A stretch of DNA of 64,000 nt from Octopus vulgaris (taxonomy: Eukaryota): assembly GCA_951406725.2 (NCBI GenBank), contig OX597819.1, positions 57,102,001-57,166,000 of the forward strand. Reading direction: 5' to 3'. This document shows, piece after piece, positions 1-12,165 of this stretch (the stretch's first letter is position 1; every line of letters begins with the position of its first letter). Made by a program: the position numbers and the translations under genes. The notes under the pieces were generated by a model. It saw nothing but the letters and a program-made list of their open reading frames with translations. It ran no database searches and had not been told where the DNA came from.

Positions 1-346
1 TAAAATTTTATCAATATATGCATTAAGTTAAACAATATTCATGTGGACGGTATAAATTTTAACACGGAAAGCATATATATAAAAAATCAAATTTCTTAAA
101 AATTCATAATTTCTTATAGACATTTCTAATACTTTCATGTTGCAAATACAAGATCAAATATACCATAAAAATAATGGTGGAACTTAACTTAGTTTCTCTA
201 TATACAATATAATATAACTAAATTTATGAATATATTTAAGCCACATATTGAATGATTCTAAGTCTTTGAAGTATACATTTCAATGTAGTGCTGAAACAAA
301 GTTATGTACCGATAACGGTGGAGGTTATGTGTGAACCTATTGACGT

Positions 347-416
347 TTACATACATACATACATACATACACACACACAGACACACACGCAGTCACACAC
401 ACACATACACACACAT

Positions 417-486
<70 letters not shown>
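347..486. repeat. Compound microsatellite (TACA)n/(CA)n/(TA)n
   Basis: Directly visible; source of the HTHT/YIYI pseudo-ORFs. Confidence 0.97.
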
Positions 487-487
<1 letters not shown>

Positions 488-639
488 AATGCATATTTAT
501 ATGTTCGTTTGTTTTTTATCGAAGTGTTTTCAAACTTAAGGTCGCTAGAAATCGACCGAATTATAAATGTTACTGCCCACTTACCTCAAGATGACATTCC
601 GAAACTAACCCTGAAGTCCTAGGAATAAATGAATACTTC

Positions 640-820
640 CATTTACAGAATATCTGATAAGGAAACAATTTATCTTCAGAAACACCCCAAACACATCCAA
701 CATTAAATAGAAAACTTGTCCAAGGAACCAGCAGAAGGATCTCCATAACTAACGGCAAGCAGAGAGATTTTCAATAAGGCATCACCTCACTAGAATAAGA
801 CACTAGCGAAGAGAGGATCT
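640..820 (+). mobile_element. Penelope-like element remnant (RT thumb/linker region)
   Basis: Frameshifted translation HPTLNRKLVQGTSRRIS/LTASREIFNKASPH*NKTLAKRG resembles the Penelope HP..IP.SI.RRLS.LSS..EIFNKA.PYYN.AL motif. Confidence 0.55.
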
Positions 821-1445
821 ACAAAAAATATAAATGGTGTGCAAACTCCAACACTTTAAAAGACGTGAGAAACTGTTGTCTCGTTTGATCCTCGAGTCAA
901 TCTAGTTCTTTCCAATAATATAACTAGGAGCTTTCTCATCTCTGTTATAAAACACATCCAAAAACCAAACCACTAGACGCCAGAAAATCTTTACTTTTCA
1001 TATGGGCAAATTTTTTTTATATATGATTAGATAACATTGTTTTCAAAATTGCATGCTACAGTAGACGCAAACACGCATCAATACTCTCTTCACCCTACAT
1101 AGTTCCTGGTAACGTCGAAATCCTAGTAACTACATACTAGGATGATCTACACTTACAACATCTTACGAAGTACTATAGAACAAGAAACTTAAGGGGATGC
1201 ATGCAAAACATGCATATCTTTAGGTGTAAGAACAGCGAAATGTTCACCTCCTTCTCGCGCTTCATCCTTAACTTTCGGGATGAGACTGCGAAGGCATAAT
1301 CGCTTGTTTCTACAACACATAGAGGAGGTTTGATAGGCTCCCTTCTTAGCCATTTGTTGCACATATTCTACCATACTCTACCAAACTACAGAATCGTTGC
1401 CATCAGAGGTCATTAAGCTCCAAACCAGTGAGAACTGATGTAGCC

Positions 1446-1676
1446 GGCGAGCTGACAGAAACGTTAGCACGCCGGGCGAAATATTTAGCGGTATTTCGTC
1501 TGCTGCTACGCTCTGAGTTCAAATTCCGCCGAGCCGACTTTGCCTTTCATCCTTTTGGGGTCGATTAAATAAGTACCAGTTACGCACAGGGGTCGATATA
1601 ATCGATTTAATCCGTTTGTGTGTCCGTGTTTGTCCCCTCTTTGTTTAGCATCTTGTGAGCAATAAAGAAATAAGAA
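1446..1676 (+). mobile_element. tRNA-derived SINE (family 1) with Tx1-like 3' tail
   Basis: Head GGCGAGCTGACAGAAACGTTAGCAC, B-box GAGTTCAAATTCC, tail ending CTTGTGAGCAATAAAGAAATAA; homologous to copies at 22950, 29739 and 54099. Confidence 0.85.
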
Positions 1677-2956
1677 TATATATTTCTGTAAAAACCACTC
1701 CATTCTGTCACGGAGTGTCTGTTGATGTTCTATGTTCACAAAAGTAATGTCGGGCTGCCTCACAGTCATCACATACATAATACTCCAAATAAGAATGCTG
1801 AGTATATGTAACTTTCATTTCTTCACACACACACATACACGCACACACACGGGCGCGCGCATGTAGATGTGCATAACATTTACAATGTACATACATTCAT
1901 AAAATGTTGTTAGCAGCAATATTTTGTCTCAGAGGAACTTCAAGGTTTTTCCGATGCATAATATTGCATCCAGATCATTCCACATTTGTATATTCATTAT
2001 AGATTTTATACACTTTATTATTTTAATCTTCCTGCTGTTTCAAGGGCATATATTTCAATCCGATTTCTAACAAAGTAGCAAAGATCTTAGGTTTCAGTTA
2101 AGAGAGATCTAGTGGTTGTGTGAATTAAAGTGTGGATGTATATCTGTATATATAGATAAGCAAGCACTGGAAGTAAGCACGCTTGAATTTTAGTACATAA
2201 GAATGTATTTGCATCATATCATTACTGTTTATGCAGGTATGGATATGAGTAGATATTTCTGCAGCTTATAGCCTCAAAAAATAATTCTGCTTTCCAAATA
2301 TATTCCACTATATTATCAATCATTAGTAACCTTTAACACTCACGATATATGACAATCTGACTCAGCAGATATACCTATATCTTACCTGAAAATTTAACAC
2401 ATCATGATTTTAAAATATTTCCAATATCTAAATAGCTAAGCATCCAGCTGTTTTTATTCCGGCGTACAGACATTCACATACTTTAAGACCCGTGTGCGCA
2501 CGCACTACTCACAAGTACATGCACTTCCAGAATCCTATACGTATAGGTCTGGTAATACATACATGCACACGCCCACGAACACGCTGATTCTGTAATAACA
2601 CACTCATACACACATAATGGCAAACATAGACACGCGCCCATACAATCTCACACGCTAATACCCAACTATCTTCACTTTAATATCATTTTTTATTATTCTT
2701 ATTCAAGTATATATATATACCAGATACAAAAACCAAGTACACACACAAACACATATACATACACACATATATATACATACACATATATACACAATCATAT
2801 ACACACATACATATATATATATATGTTCATATCTATATACATACATACGTATAGTGGAATTTTATCAGTTCGGTCAAAGTAAGGAAATTAGGTTTCTATT
2901 GGTTTTTAAATTACTGATGCGTATGTGCATAACCGTTCAAGTGTGCATGTGTACAT

Positions 2957-2960
<4 letters not shown>

Positions 2961-3034
<74 letters not shown>

Positions 3035-3195
3035 TATACATATATATATATATACATATACATATATATACATATACATATATATATATATACATATACA
3101 TATATATATATATATATATATAATATATATATAAAATATATATATACATATACATATATATATATACATATACATATATATATATATACATATAC

Positions 3196-3227
<32 letters not shown>

Positions 3228-3328
3228 ATATATACATATACATATATATATATATATATACATATATATATGTATGTATGTATATATGTATATATGTATG
3301 TATGTATTTATGTATGTATGTATGTATG

Positions 3329-3390
<62 letters not shown>

Positions 3391-3410
3391 TGTATGTATG
3401 TATGTATGTA
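2961..3410. repeat. Long compound (TA)n/(TACATA)n/(TATG)n microsatellite
   Basis: Directly visible. Confidence 0.97.
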
Positions 3411-4127
3411 GGCATGTATACAAAAATGCGTACAATTGCGCACACATTTAGATACAATTTATGTACTTATTTTCACAGATCTCCCTTTCATTAAGAAAAC
3501 CTCTCTGAATCAGAAATGTAATTATCTCTATTTAAATCGAAAAATAACCAACAGCAAAATAACATTTTAGAAGTGAAATACAGCGAATAATAAACGAATT
3601 TCAACTTGTAATATTGTCCAAGGTAAAACTTCATAAATCAAAGAGCTCAGCCACGTAGAAACCTAATTACTGAGCAAAATTAATGTACACAACAAAATAT
3701 GTATGGCAATAATGCATTGGCCATAGTGATGGCTGTGTTGTTATTAACGTACTTAGAAAACATGTTTTTTTATTAACGTGCTTAGGAATCATAAATGTAA
3801 CCCTAAGCATTTGAATTCAGTAGTTCTTCAGCAACTACCGTACCCGATACCTGATTTATCAATTATTTAAAAATGACCTGCATCCTGCTAAGCCCCATAG
3901 ATCTATCAGAAAAATACCACTACATACGTAATATCAACATGCAGCTCTTCCAGCTACCTAGTATATGAAAGTGTCTAATATAAAATGAAACATGTTAGGT
4001 ATAAAGCCGCCATACGCTATTTCTTAATCTATGGTCTATTCTGAAAATGTCCCTAGTCATTGAAATACAAATTGCCCTGGATTTAAGAAATACCGATATG
4101 GGTAGAAGGTAAAAAAAATTATTTACC

Positions 4128-4380
4128 TCAGTTTTAACATCAACTCCTTCGAAATAGACACATTGTGCAGCAATACAGTGATCCTGGCATTCCTGCTACT
4201 TTTGTAATCCGTCCTGGAAGTCGTTTTCCATTACCAAGTCGAGGACCTTCTGCGAGTCGATCTGGATATCAACAATGACGTTAAAACGACAACCTTTGAG
4301 CTGAATTTTTCTCTTGGGGAAGAGATGGGTGTTCGCAGGCATTATGTCTGACGAATAAGGCAGGTGCGGAAGCGATACCG
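4128..4380 (-). mobile_element. mariner transposase C-terminal remnant
   Basis: Minus-strand translation HLPYSSDIMPANTHLFPKRKIQLKGCRFNVIVDIQIDSQKVLDLVMENDFQDGLQK*QECQDHCIAAQCVYFEG matches the mariner HPPYSPDLAP.D..LF...K..LKG.RF ... CI...G.YFE C-terminus. Confidence 0.85.
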
Positions 4381-4479
4381 TGTTTCAAATATTGTACGTT
4401 TCAAAACATGCAGTATCCACAAGAAAACGGACGATAGTAATTGCCGAAAACTCAAAATCTGCTTGGTAAGGAAGCTACA

Positions 4480-6718
4480 TTATTTCATACTAATTGGCTA
4501 TTCAAGCCTTACATTATAGTCTCCTAACCCCACTAATATCTTCGGTGTCCCGAGAAAGTTCCCTAGGCGCCGATAAAAATCAGCTTGAAATCCTCTAGTA
4601 CAAGGTGCATAGATACCGATCAACCTGAAGGTAATACTGCTGTGTGTCATATCAAGGACGACCAGCTCACCTGGGTCCACATAGACTGTACTTGTCTGAA
4701 GAGTCAAGCCTTTTCGCACCAGTACCACTACACCCCCTCGACCTCCGGTCTGGCAAGGAGACATGATTTTCTCATAGCCGTTTAATAGGGGTGAGAAGGT
4801 TTTAGAGTGTCCAACTTGGTCTCTGTATATCGTGTGACCTTAGATCGTCGAGGAAACAAGCTTGCTTCCACTTCGAGCTCAGACCACGCACATTCAAACA
4901 CCCAAGTTTAAGTGTAACCCATGAAATCAAGGCAGAAAACAAAGGTCCTAATTACCTTTAACTGGTGATGTCGGGGCTGACCTCACAACGCGTGATGTAG
5001 CCCCTTCCTTCCACTCCTTCAAATACTTGGGTAAATCCGGTATTTTCCTAATGGTCTTCGGATGTTTCTCCTTCAATTGCCCGAATAGGCTTTACCCCAT
5101 CCAGGCACACCTCTCGTTCAAGTCTTTATGCTGTGGTAACAGCTTGGTGGTGTGATGTTTCTCCATAATTTCTCGAATGTACTTATCTCAGGTGTCGAAT
5201 CTCACCAGAATGTTTTTTTCTTCTTTTCTGTCTCTTTTCCTTTCTGGAACATTAGGGTGGGGCCGTTTTTTTCATTATTGGTGGTGTAGTGCTTTCGAAA
5301 ATTTTCTTTTCTTTTTCTTTTGTAGGGGATATGGATGGGGAGGGCGCTAGTATTCTTTTTCGCACCATAGTATACTCGCCCTCGAGCACCTCCATGTTGT
5401 CTTCCGGGGCAGTTACACATTCAGGTACCGCTTTAAAGGGGGTGGGTGTGTTTGGTCTATCTCCCGTTGACCAAGAGTAGCCTATTACGAAGCACTTCTA
5501 TATCCTCCTGAGCTCCCTGAATAATGGCAGAAATGTTTTTCCCGATCCAGTTTTGGGGGGCAGAGCAGGCAATCTGCAGGAGGATATTTTACCCGTCCTG
5601 TTATACAACAGGGCTTGCATCACCTCCCTTGCGTCAATTTCAAGTGGCACCTCTGCCACCTTAACACGGGCTGTCCGTCTCCTCATGTAGATTGGTAGAA
5701 TCACCACCTCCTTCGTTTCGGGGTGGGGGTGGCTCACTGAGTACGCTTGGGCCCTTTTTTCCGTTGTAAATCTGGCCATAATCGTGCCATATGTCCAACC
5801 CCTTGCAACATATGTCGTGTCGTTCCATATTGGAGCCAGACGGTTTTATATTTTTCCTACTCAAAATGCTTGAATTTCTTGGTTTCCGGACAGTAAGTCT
5901 TAAAAACGCCTGTCCGTTTCCGCAAATCATCAACGTTGGAGGAGGGTGAAGTCTTAACCTCACCACCCTCCTCTTTCATTCTGCCGAACAGTTCTCCGAG
6001 ACTCTCTTTTGGCATTTCAATGATTTCAGTTGCCACCGCGGCAACTGCAGCGAACCTCTTCATTGGGTGTTCGTTGCTCTTTTCAATATGACGATCTTTT
6101 TACACAATTTCCTCCGACATACTCGGCTGGAATCGGTATTATATACGAAAAAATATATATATCTCCTCCAAACTGGAAACTATAATTCTCTTTTTTCTTT
6201 GTAAATATTTTTGTTGTAGATATTTTTCCTATAAAGTGGAGAACAGTTCAAATCTCGCCCTTGGCGGGGGTTGGGCGTGCTTATGATGCCTGCAACGGCT
6301 TAAACCACGTTCAATTTGTTTTTTTCACAGCAAAGTCAGCAAATTGCCAAAATGGCCTCACAAAAATTAAATATTATGCCTCCCGGCACCGGGAGGCAGC
6401 ACAGTTCAAAAAAAGTTCACTGTGTAATAGTAAATGGTCAACAGCAATTCAACGAATAACAATTCCAAGTCTGTTAACAGCTTCAACAGATATTTCAATA
6501 AATATTAAACAATTCTCACCAGCAAAAACGCGACTAACGGCAATTCCTGTCACCGGGAGACAGCACAAAAATGTTCAAAGTTCAATAATTCAATAATGTT
6601 CAACAATTCAACAATGTTCAACAACGATAACCAATTAATAAATCCGACGAAAAACAACCAAAGCTCCAAGAAATCGTCCGACTCACCGACAAGCAAAAAC
6701 ACGTCCAACAAAGAGACC
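4480..6718 (-). mobile_element. L1/Tx1-like derivative C: 5'UTR, decayed ORF1 (~6120-4950), N-terminal APE endonuclease (~4922-4510) fused to the element 3' end
   Basis: EN motifs LGCLNVRGL, TETKL, GGVVVLVRK, FRLIGIYAP, LGDYN; ORF1 fragments (RTGVFKTY; ARFTTEKRAQAYS...ILPIYMRRRTARVKV) homologous to ORF1 of element A; flanked by target motif copies at 4465-4479 and 6719-6733. Confidence 0.85.
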
Positions 6719-6733
6719 GGTAAGCAAGCTACT

Positions 6734-6975
6734 TTATTTCTTACATTGCCATAAAGGCAGAACAGAGATAATGTAGCTTTGCTGGCTGGACACAAACATT
6801 AATTAGATGAATGATAATGATACACTAATGATAAAGATGGGAGAAGCCAGAAACCGTCCGCCGAACCTTTGCTTCTCTATAACATTGTTCGAAAATCTCC
6901 AACTTAAGACGGCTTCACAAACGCTTCTTACAGCTTCAGTGTCAAACGCAACTCTGATTCGCACACGAGCAATGC
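6734..6975 (-). mobile_element. 5'-truncated Tx1-like 3' end (element B)
   Basis: 6734-6870 aligns by eye with the 3'UTR of element A (6991-7110: AGCTTTGC.GG.TGGACA...CCGCCGA); same GAAATAA terminus and hairpin. Confidence 0.75.
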
Positions 6976-6990
6976 GGAAAGCCAGCTACT

Positions 6991-9062
6991 TTATTTCATA
7001 AATTTGTCATATTGACAGTACAAAGAGCTTTGCAGGATGGACAAACACATGAATGAATGAAAATGAATTATAATGAATAAATGAGAGACGAAACCCAACA
7101 CCCGCCGATTGGATATTTCTCGAAAAGATATTTTCTTTTTTTTTTTAAATCAATATAAGGTTTCGAACCTTTTACAAGGAGGAGGCACTAAAACCTCTTA
7201 CTTAACATATTTTCTTTTTTCTTTCTTAAAAAAACACAAAATTGAAGTTATAAACCACTACAAAATAGTCCAATAAGCTGAGGTTTCAAACTCTGTAACG
7301 AGGGTCTTTCACCTCCTACTCTCCGATATATCCATCGATATATTCATCATCATCTTCAATGCCGCTTGAGTTCCTGTATCCCGCCATTTCCCATGCCTTA
7401 CTCATGTAGGACATGTAAGTCGTGTAAGAGCCACCCGGTCATATGCGACAGTCCTCCCCAAATCCTTTAAGCCTTTCCCACAAGGGAAACCTTATGACCT
7501 GCACAGCTATCTGCGGAGGCCATTCGGGATCCCGTGTGAAGGGCATATCTACTGTTTCTTTAAGTTCTTCTACTATTTTATTTTTTCCACCTCCCCGCCC
7601 TTGTAGAAAAAGATAATTAATTGATCATCTTTAAGGGTGGGGGTGGTTTCTTCCACCGTGGGTGGCACATCTTCGGGACATGCAGTCGGCACATCATCTC
7701 CCTGCTGAGATGACCCGTTCTTCTTTTTTTTTCTTTTCTCCCTGGCTTCGGGAGAGTGGAGCCCTTCCGCTTCGTCCGGAGACTCTCCCCCGCCTCCCGA
7801 AGCCTTAGGTTTCTTCGGCGGGCAACTATTGTTGCCCGCCTTCTTTTTTTTTTTAATCCTTTTTGAGTTGAGGAGGCTGAAGCCTCCTCGACCACATCCA
7901 CCTCTCCCTTTGACCGGGTAGGGGAGGTGGCATCTGGTGACTGTTCCAGGGCCTTACCATGGTCCTGGGGGCAGTTCCTTTTAATGTGGCCTGGCTGCAG
8001 GTACGAGTGACACTTTGGGGGACGTCCCTCAAGTATCACCGGATACCTGCAGCCAGCCATTTTCAAGAAATCTGGAAAAACCAGTTCTATTGCGGCCGAT
8101 GGGGTCCACAGTGTCAAAATCGCTTTTGACCCTTGCCAATCGACCGCCGGAAATACTCTTATATTTAAGAGCCTGGGCCCGCCATCTCCCAGTCCCCGTC
8201 GATGGTATCTTCAATCCAGTCTGCTTCAGTGCCCAGGGGAAGCCCACATATTCAGGTTCGTATTAATTTTCTTCCACAATATGACGGGAGAAACAGGATA
8301 TCCTTGCCTTCTAAAGGCTGACTCGCAAACCGGCGAGCCTTTTCCCCGTTGTCAAACAGCAACCGTACGGTTGCATGTTTGACTCCACGGGATATGTATT
8401 TTACAGAGGACAAATGTTCTTTAAGTTCATTTTTTGTGACTTGTTTTGGGAAGACGGTGATGGAATTAAGAACTTTAGAATATGTTCTAAGTACCATCGT
8501 CTTCTCTTCCATATCTTTTAACCATTGCTTAGGCGGGTTAATTTCCCACTCTAAGACAGAGTTTTTCTTTTTAAGTTCCTTCTCTGCCATGTCAAAAAGC
8601 AGTTCAAAAGTAGTTCAAAAGACAGTCTGCCAAAAAATTAAACCGAATAAAAATAAAACAAAATAAAGTGAGGGTAGAAAACTGAAATTAAAGTAATGAA
8701 AATAATGAACCAAAAATCTTTAGAAAGAAAGAAATAATAGAAGAAGGGAAAAGTAAAAGAAAAATCTCACAAATAGCACAGACAGGGAATCCTTTGTATA
8801 ATACTCCAAAAAGTTAATCCAAAAAGGTAATCCAAATGGCTTATTCTTATTTTTGTTTTGGTGAGATACGCCCACTAGAATTCACAAGAAGAATTTTCAA
8901 AAAAATTCTCAATTCACCGTTACGATGCTGAGAACCCAGTATTTTGCTCGTTATAGCGAGCCATAATAGACAATTTTTCTTTTAGTTCTTTTTTTCTGTT
9001 CGCGGGGCCGAAACTCACATCTTCTCACTGTAACAGTCCAGACCAACTAGTGTTGCATTCTG
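6991..9062 (-). mobile_element. ORF1-only (HAL1-like) Tx1-type non-autonomous retrotransposon (element A)
   Basis: Interrupted ORF1 8590 to ~7320 (MAEKELKK...KYISRGVKHATVRLLFDN...; EGRPPKCHSYLQPGHIKRNCP, a degenerate CCHC knuckle; basic tract) followed directly by 3'UTR, no ORF2; target motif copies at 6976-6990 and 9063-9077. Confidence 0.8.
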
Positions 9063-9101
9063 GGTAAGCCAGCTACTTACCACACAGCTACTCCTGTGCC
9101 C
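9063..9101 (-). mobile_element. Severed 5' head of a family-2 SINE (target of the Tx1-like array)
   Basis: GGTAAGCCAGCTACTTACCACACAGCTACTCCTGTGCCC is near-identical to 10896-10934 of the intact SINE. Confidence 0.85.
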
Positions 9102-9351
9102 ATGATAGAGAAATATTTTGCAGTACTTCAGTCGCATAATACGCATTCTTCTATTGTTCAACAATAGCTTTAGTCTCTGTACATTAGCTCACTATCCTTC
9201 TTTATACATCATTATATTCCCCCATATAACCCCAGACCTCGAACATTTTTGCGTATGTATCATTATACCAGTTTGCATTATGATCTCTCAGCAAATTTTT
9301 AGAAATCCAGATACAATAGTGTTTTTCAAGGGGAAGGGACATCCTCGCACA

Positions 9352-9505
9352 CATGTATATATATATATATACACGCACGCACACATATACACACACATGT
9401 ATATATATATATATATATATACACGCACGCACACATATACACACACATGTATATATATATATATATATATACATACACACAAAGATATATACATATGTGT
9501 ATATA

Positions 9506-9555
<50 letters not shown>

Positions 9556-9625
9556 GGTGTGTATGTATGTGTGCGTGTGTATGCGTGTGTGTGTATGTGT
9601 GTGTTTGTCAGTGTGTATGTGTACG
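9352..9625. repeat. Compound (TA)/(CA)/(TG) microsatellite with a duplicated ~50-bp sub-block
   Basis: Directly visible. Confidence 0.95.
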
Positions 9626-10489
9626 TGAATCGGAGTATGTGAATATATCTGTTTTAGTGTATGTAACTGTAAACTCGAAATATGTTTCTCCATCGAATCG
9701 ATCACTTAATTCAAAAGATTTATGATAAAATTGATCGATTAATCTTAATGCTATACTATCGAGGATGTATATTTGTGTCCCTCGAGTGATGTGTATGCCA
9801 CTGGATTTCTTTTCCTGGTTAATTTGGAAATTACTCCGTCTTGTAAGCAGGGAGCCAAATATGTCTGCAAAGAAATGCTATTAAATATTCAAATAAAAGT
9901 ATATGACATCTTCAAAGGTATCTGTGGCAGTAAATCACTGTTTTAAATTTCAATGATCACTATATTGGATGAAAATATATTACCATTTCATCTGTATTGA
10001 TTCAAAAGGTTTTTCCCTTTTCTGAGATTCTTTGAAATTCCAATTATAGTTTAAATGTTCTACCAAACCAAGAATTTTGCATCTATCCTTATCATATGAA
10101 ATCACCATCTAAAAGTTCAGTTTCTTGTCTAATGAGGTTTTGATTCTTGCAAATTTCAGATAATTCTGTGTAGGAAATTCAAACATTATTGTACTTGAAG
10201 TTTTCTGTCTGAGAGAACTGTATGAATGCCTAAATAGCTAAAATATACGCAAATATGTTGGCCAGGATGTTATGCAAACGCATATCTGGATCTCGAAAGT
10301 TTCTGATAAATTAGCCAATACTTTTACGATGTGAGATCTTTTATTTTACAAGTTTGTTAAATCGATAAACTTATTACCAAACTTGGATATTACCAAATAT
10401 TCAAAGATCTTTATTAGTGCAAGCTGTTTTAGATATAATTTTGTATTTCTGAAGAACTAGTCATTTTCATTTTTGTATTCTTTTATTCC

Positions 10490-10934
<445 letters not shown>

Positions 10935-10947
10935 AATCACTTTTTTG

Positions 10948-11336
10948 GCATAGCTGTGTAGTATGATATTTGCATCTCAAACATATGCTTCCAGGTTCAG
11001 TTCCAATGTTTAGTAACAGTGACAAGTGTCCTTCTAATCAAAACCACGAGCGGACCAAAGTCTTGTGAGGGGATTTCGTAGATGGAAACCGAAAAAAACC
11101 TGACGTATATGTGTGTGTCTTTGTGTTTGAATTTTACCTCTGCCACTACTGACAACCGGTGTTAGTGGGTTTAAGTTCATGTACCTTAGCAATTTAGAAA
11201 AGAGACCGATAGAATAAGTACCGGGCTTTATATAGATATAAATACCGGGGTGTGAGGATCGTTCTACTAAAATTCTTCAAGAGGGTGCCTACAACATGGC
11301 TGCAGTCTAATGCCAGAGACAAGTCGTAGTAAAAGA
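10948..11336 (+). mobile_element. Older, diverged family-2 SINE, head-to-head with the previous copy
   Basis: GGCATAGCTGTGTAGTA head, CCAGGTTCAGTTCC, GATGGAAACCG, GAGACCGATAGAATAAGTAC, CATGGCTGCAGTC. Confidence 0.8.
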
Positions 11337-11458
11337 GACTGTTGTAATGTAATACGAACATCGTGTGTTTTATTAAAACCTAAAATACATAAAACTGTGT
11401 GTACACGCTAGATCAGATTGTGTACGATAGCGTTTCGAAACTATGCGCAACATGCATA

Positions 11459-11682
11459 TATGAAGGGGTGCCGAAAAGTTTCTCGCTTTCATGGTATCGA
11501 GAGAGGCCTGTCTGGTTGGAGGCCCAAATTTCAGACCTATTTTATAGGACTTAGAACAACTGAAGAACTGCAGCATTAAGTGTGACTCTGAGAGGGGATC
11601 ATGTTGAATAAAATTATAATTAACTGATTCTCTTATATTTTGTTTTACCTAAAGTCAGGAATATTTCAGCACTTCCTTCTCT
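11459..11682 (+). mobile_element. mariner-derived MITE
   Basis: Imperfect TIRs TATGAAGGGGTGCCGAAAAGTTTCTCGCTTT / AAAGTCAGGAATATTTCAGCACTTCCTT; interior encodes a transposase-tail-like ...LRGDHVE*. Confidence 0.7.
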
Positions 11683-12042
11683 TATACGTTTATTTCTTTA
11701 TAATTTCGATATTGCAGATTTATAATCAACAGGTTTTTAACTTTTATTAATTGCTAATAATTTTAATTTCATCAATGGTTCATTAGCATTGTTTCCTAAT
11801 CCTCTTCATATCAGAACGTATTATGTATACTTTTTAAAATTATTTTGAATTTAGATAAATTACGAATACATTTAATTTAATGATTTGGTTAAGAATTAAT
11901 CAAATCAATAACTGAAAGTTATCTACCACTTTTCTTTCTCTCTTTCCTGATCTTTCTTTAACTTTTCCTCAACTGCAAATTTAATGAAGCCGACCTTGCT
12001 AAAAGTGAAATAAAATTTATTAAATTTATCCTGAACATCCTA

Positions 12043-12165
12043 TATGTATATATATAAGTACGTATGTATGTATGTATGTATGTATGTATGTATGTATGTA
12101 TGTATGTATGTATGTATGTATGTATGTATGTTTATATGTATGTACGTACGGATGGATGGATGGAA
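12043..12165. repeat. (TATG)n microsatellite
   Basis: Directly visible. Confidence 0.95.

Noticed and set aside
7617-8590. Host zinc-knuckle protein gene
   Set aside because: No introns, frame disruptions, homology to the neighbouring LINE ORF1, and bounded by target duplications
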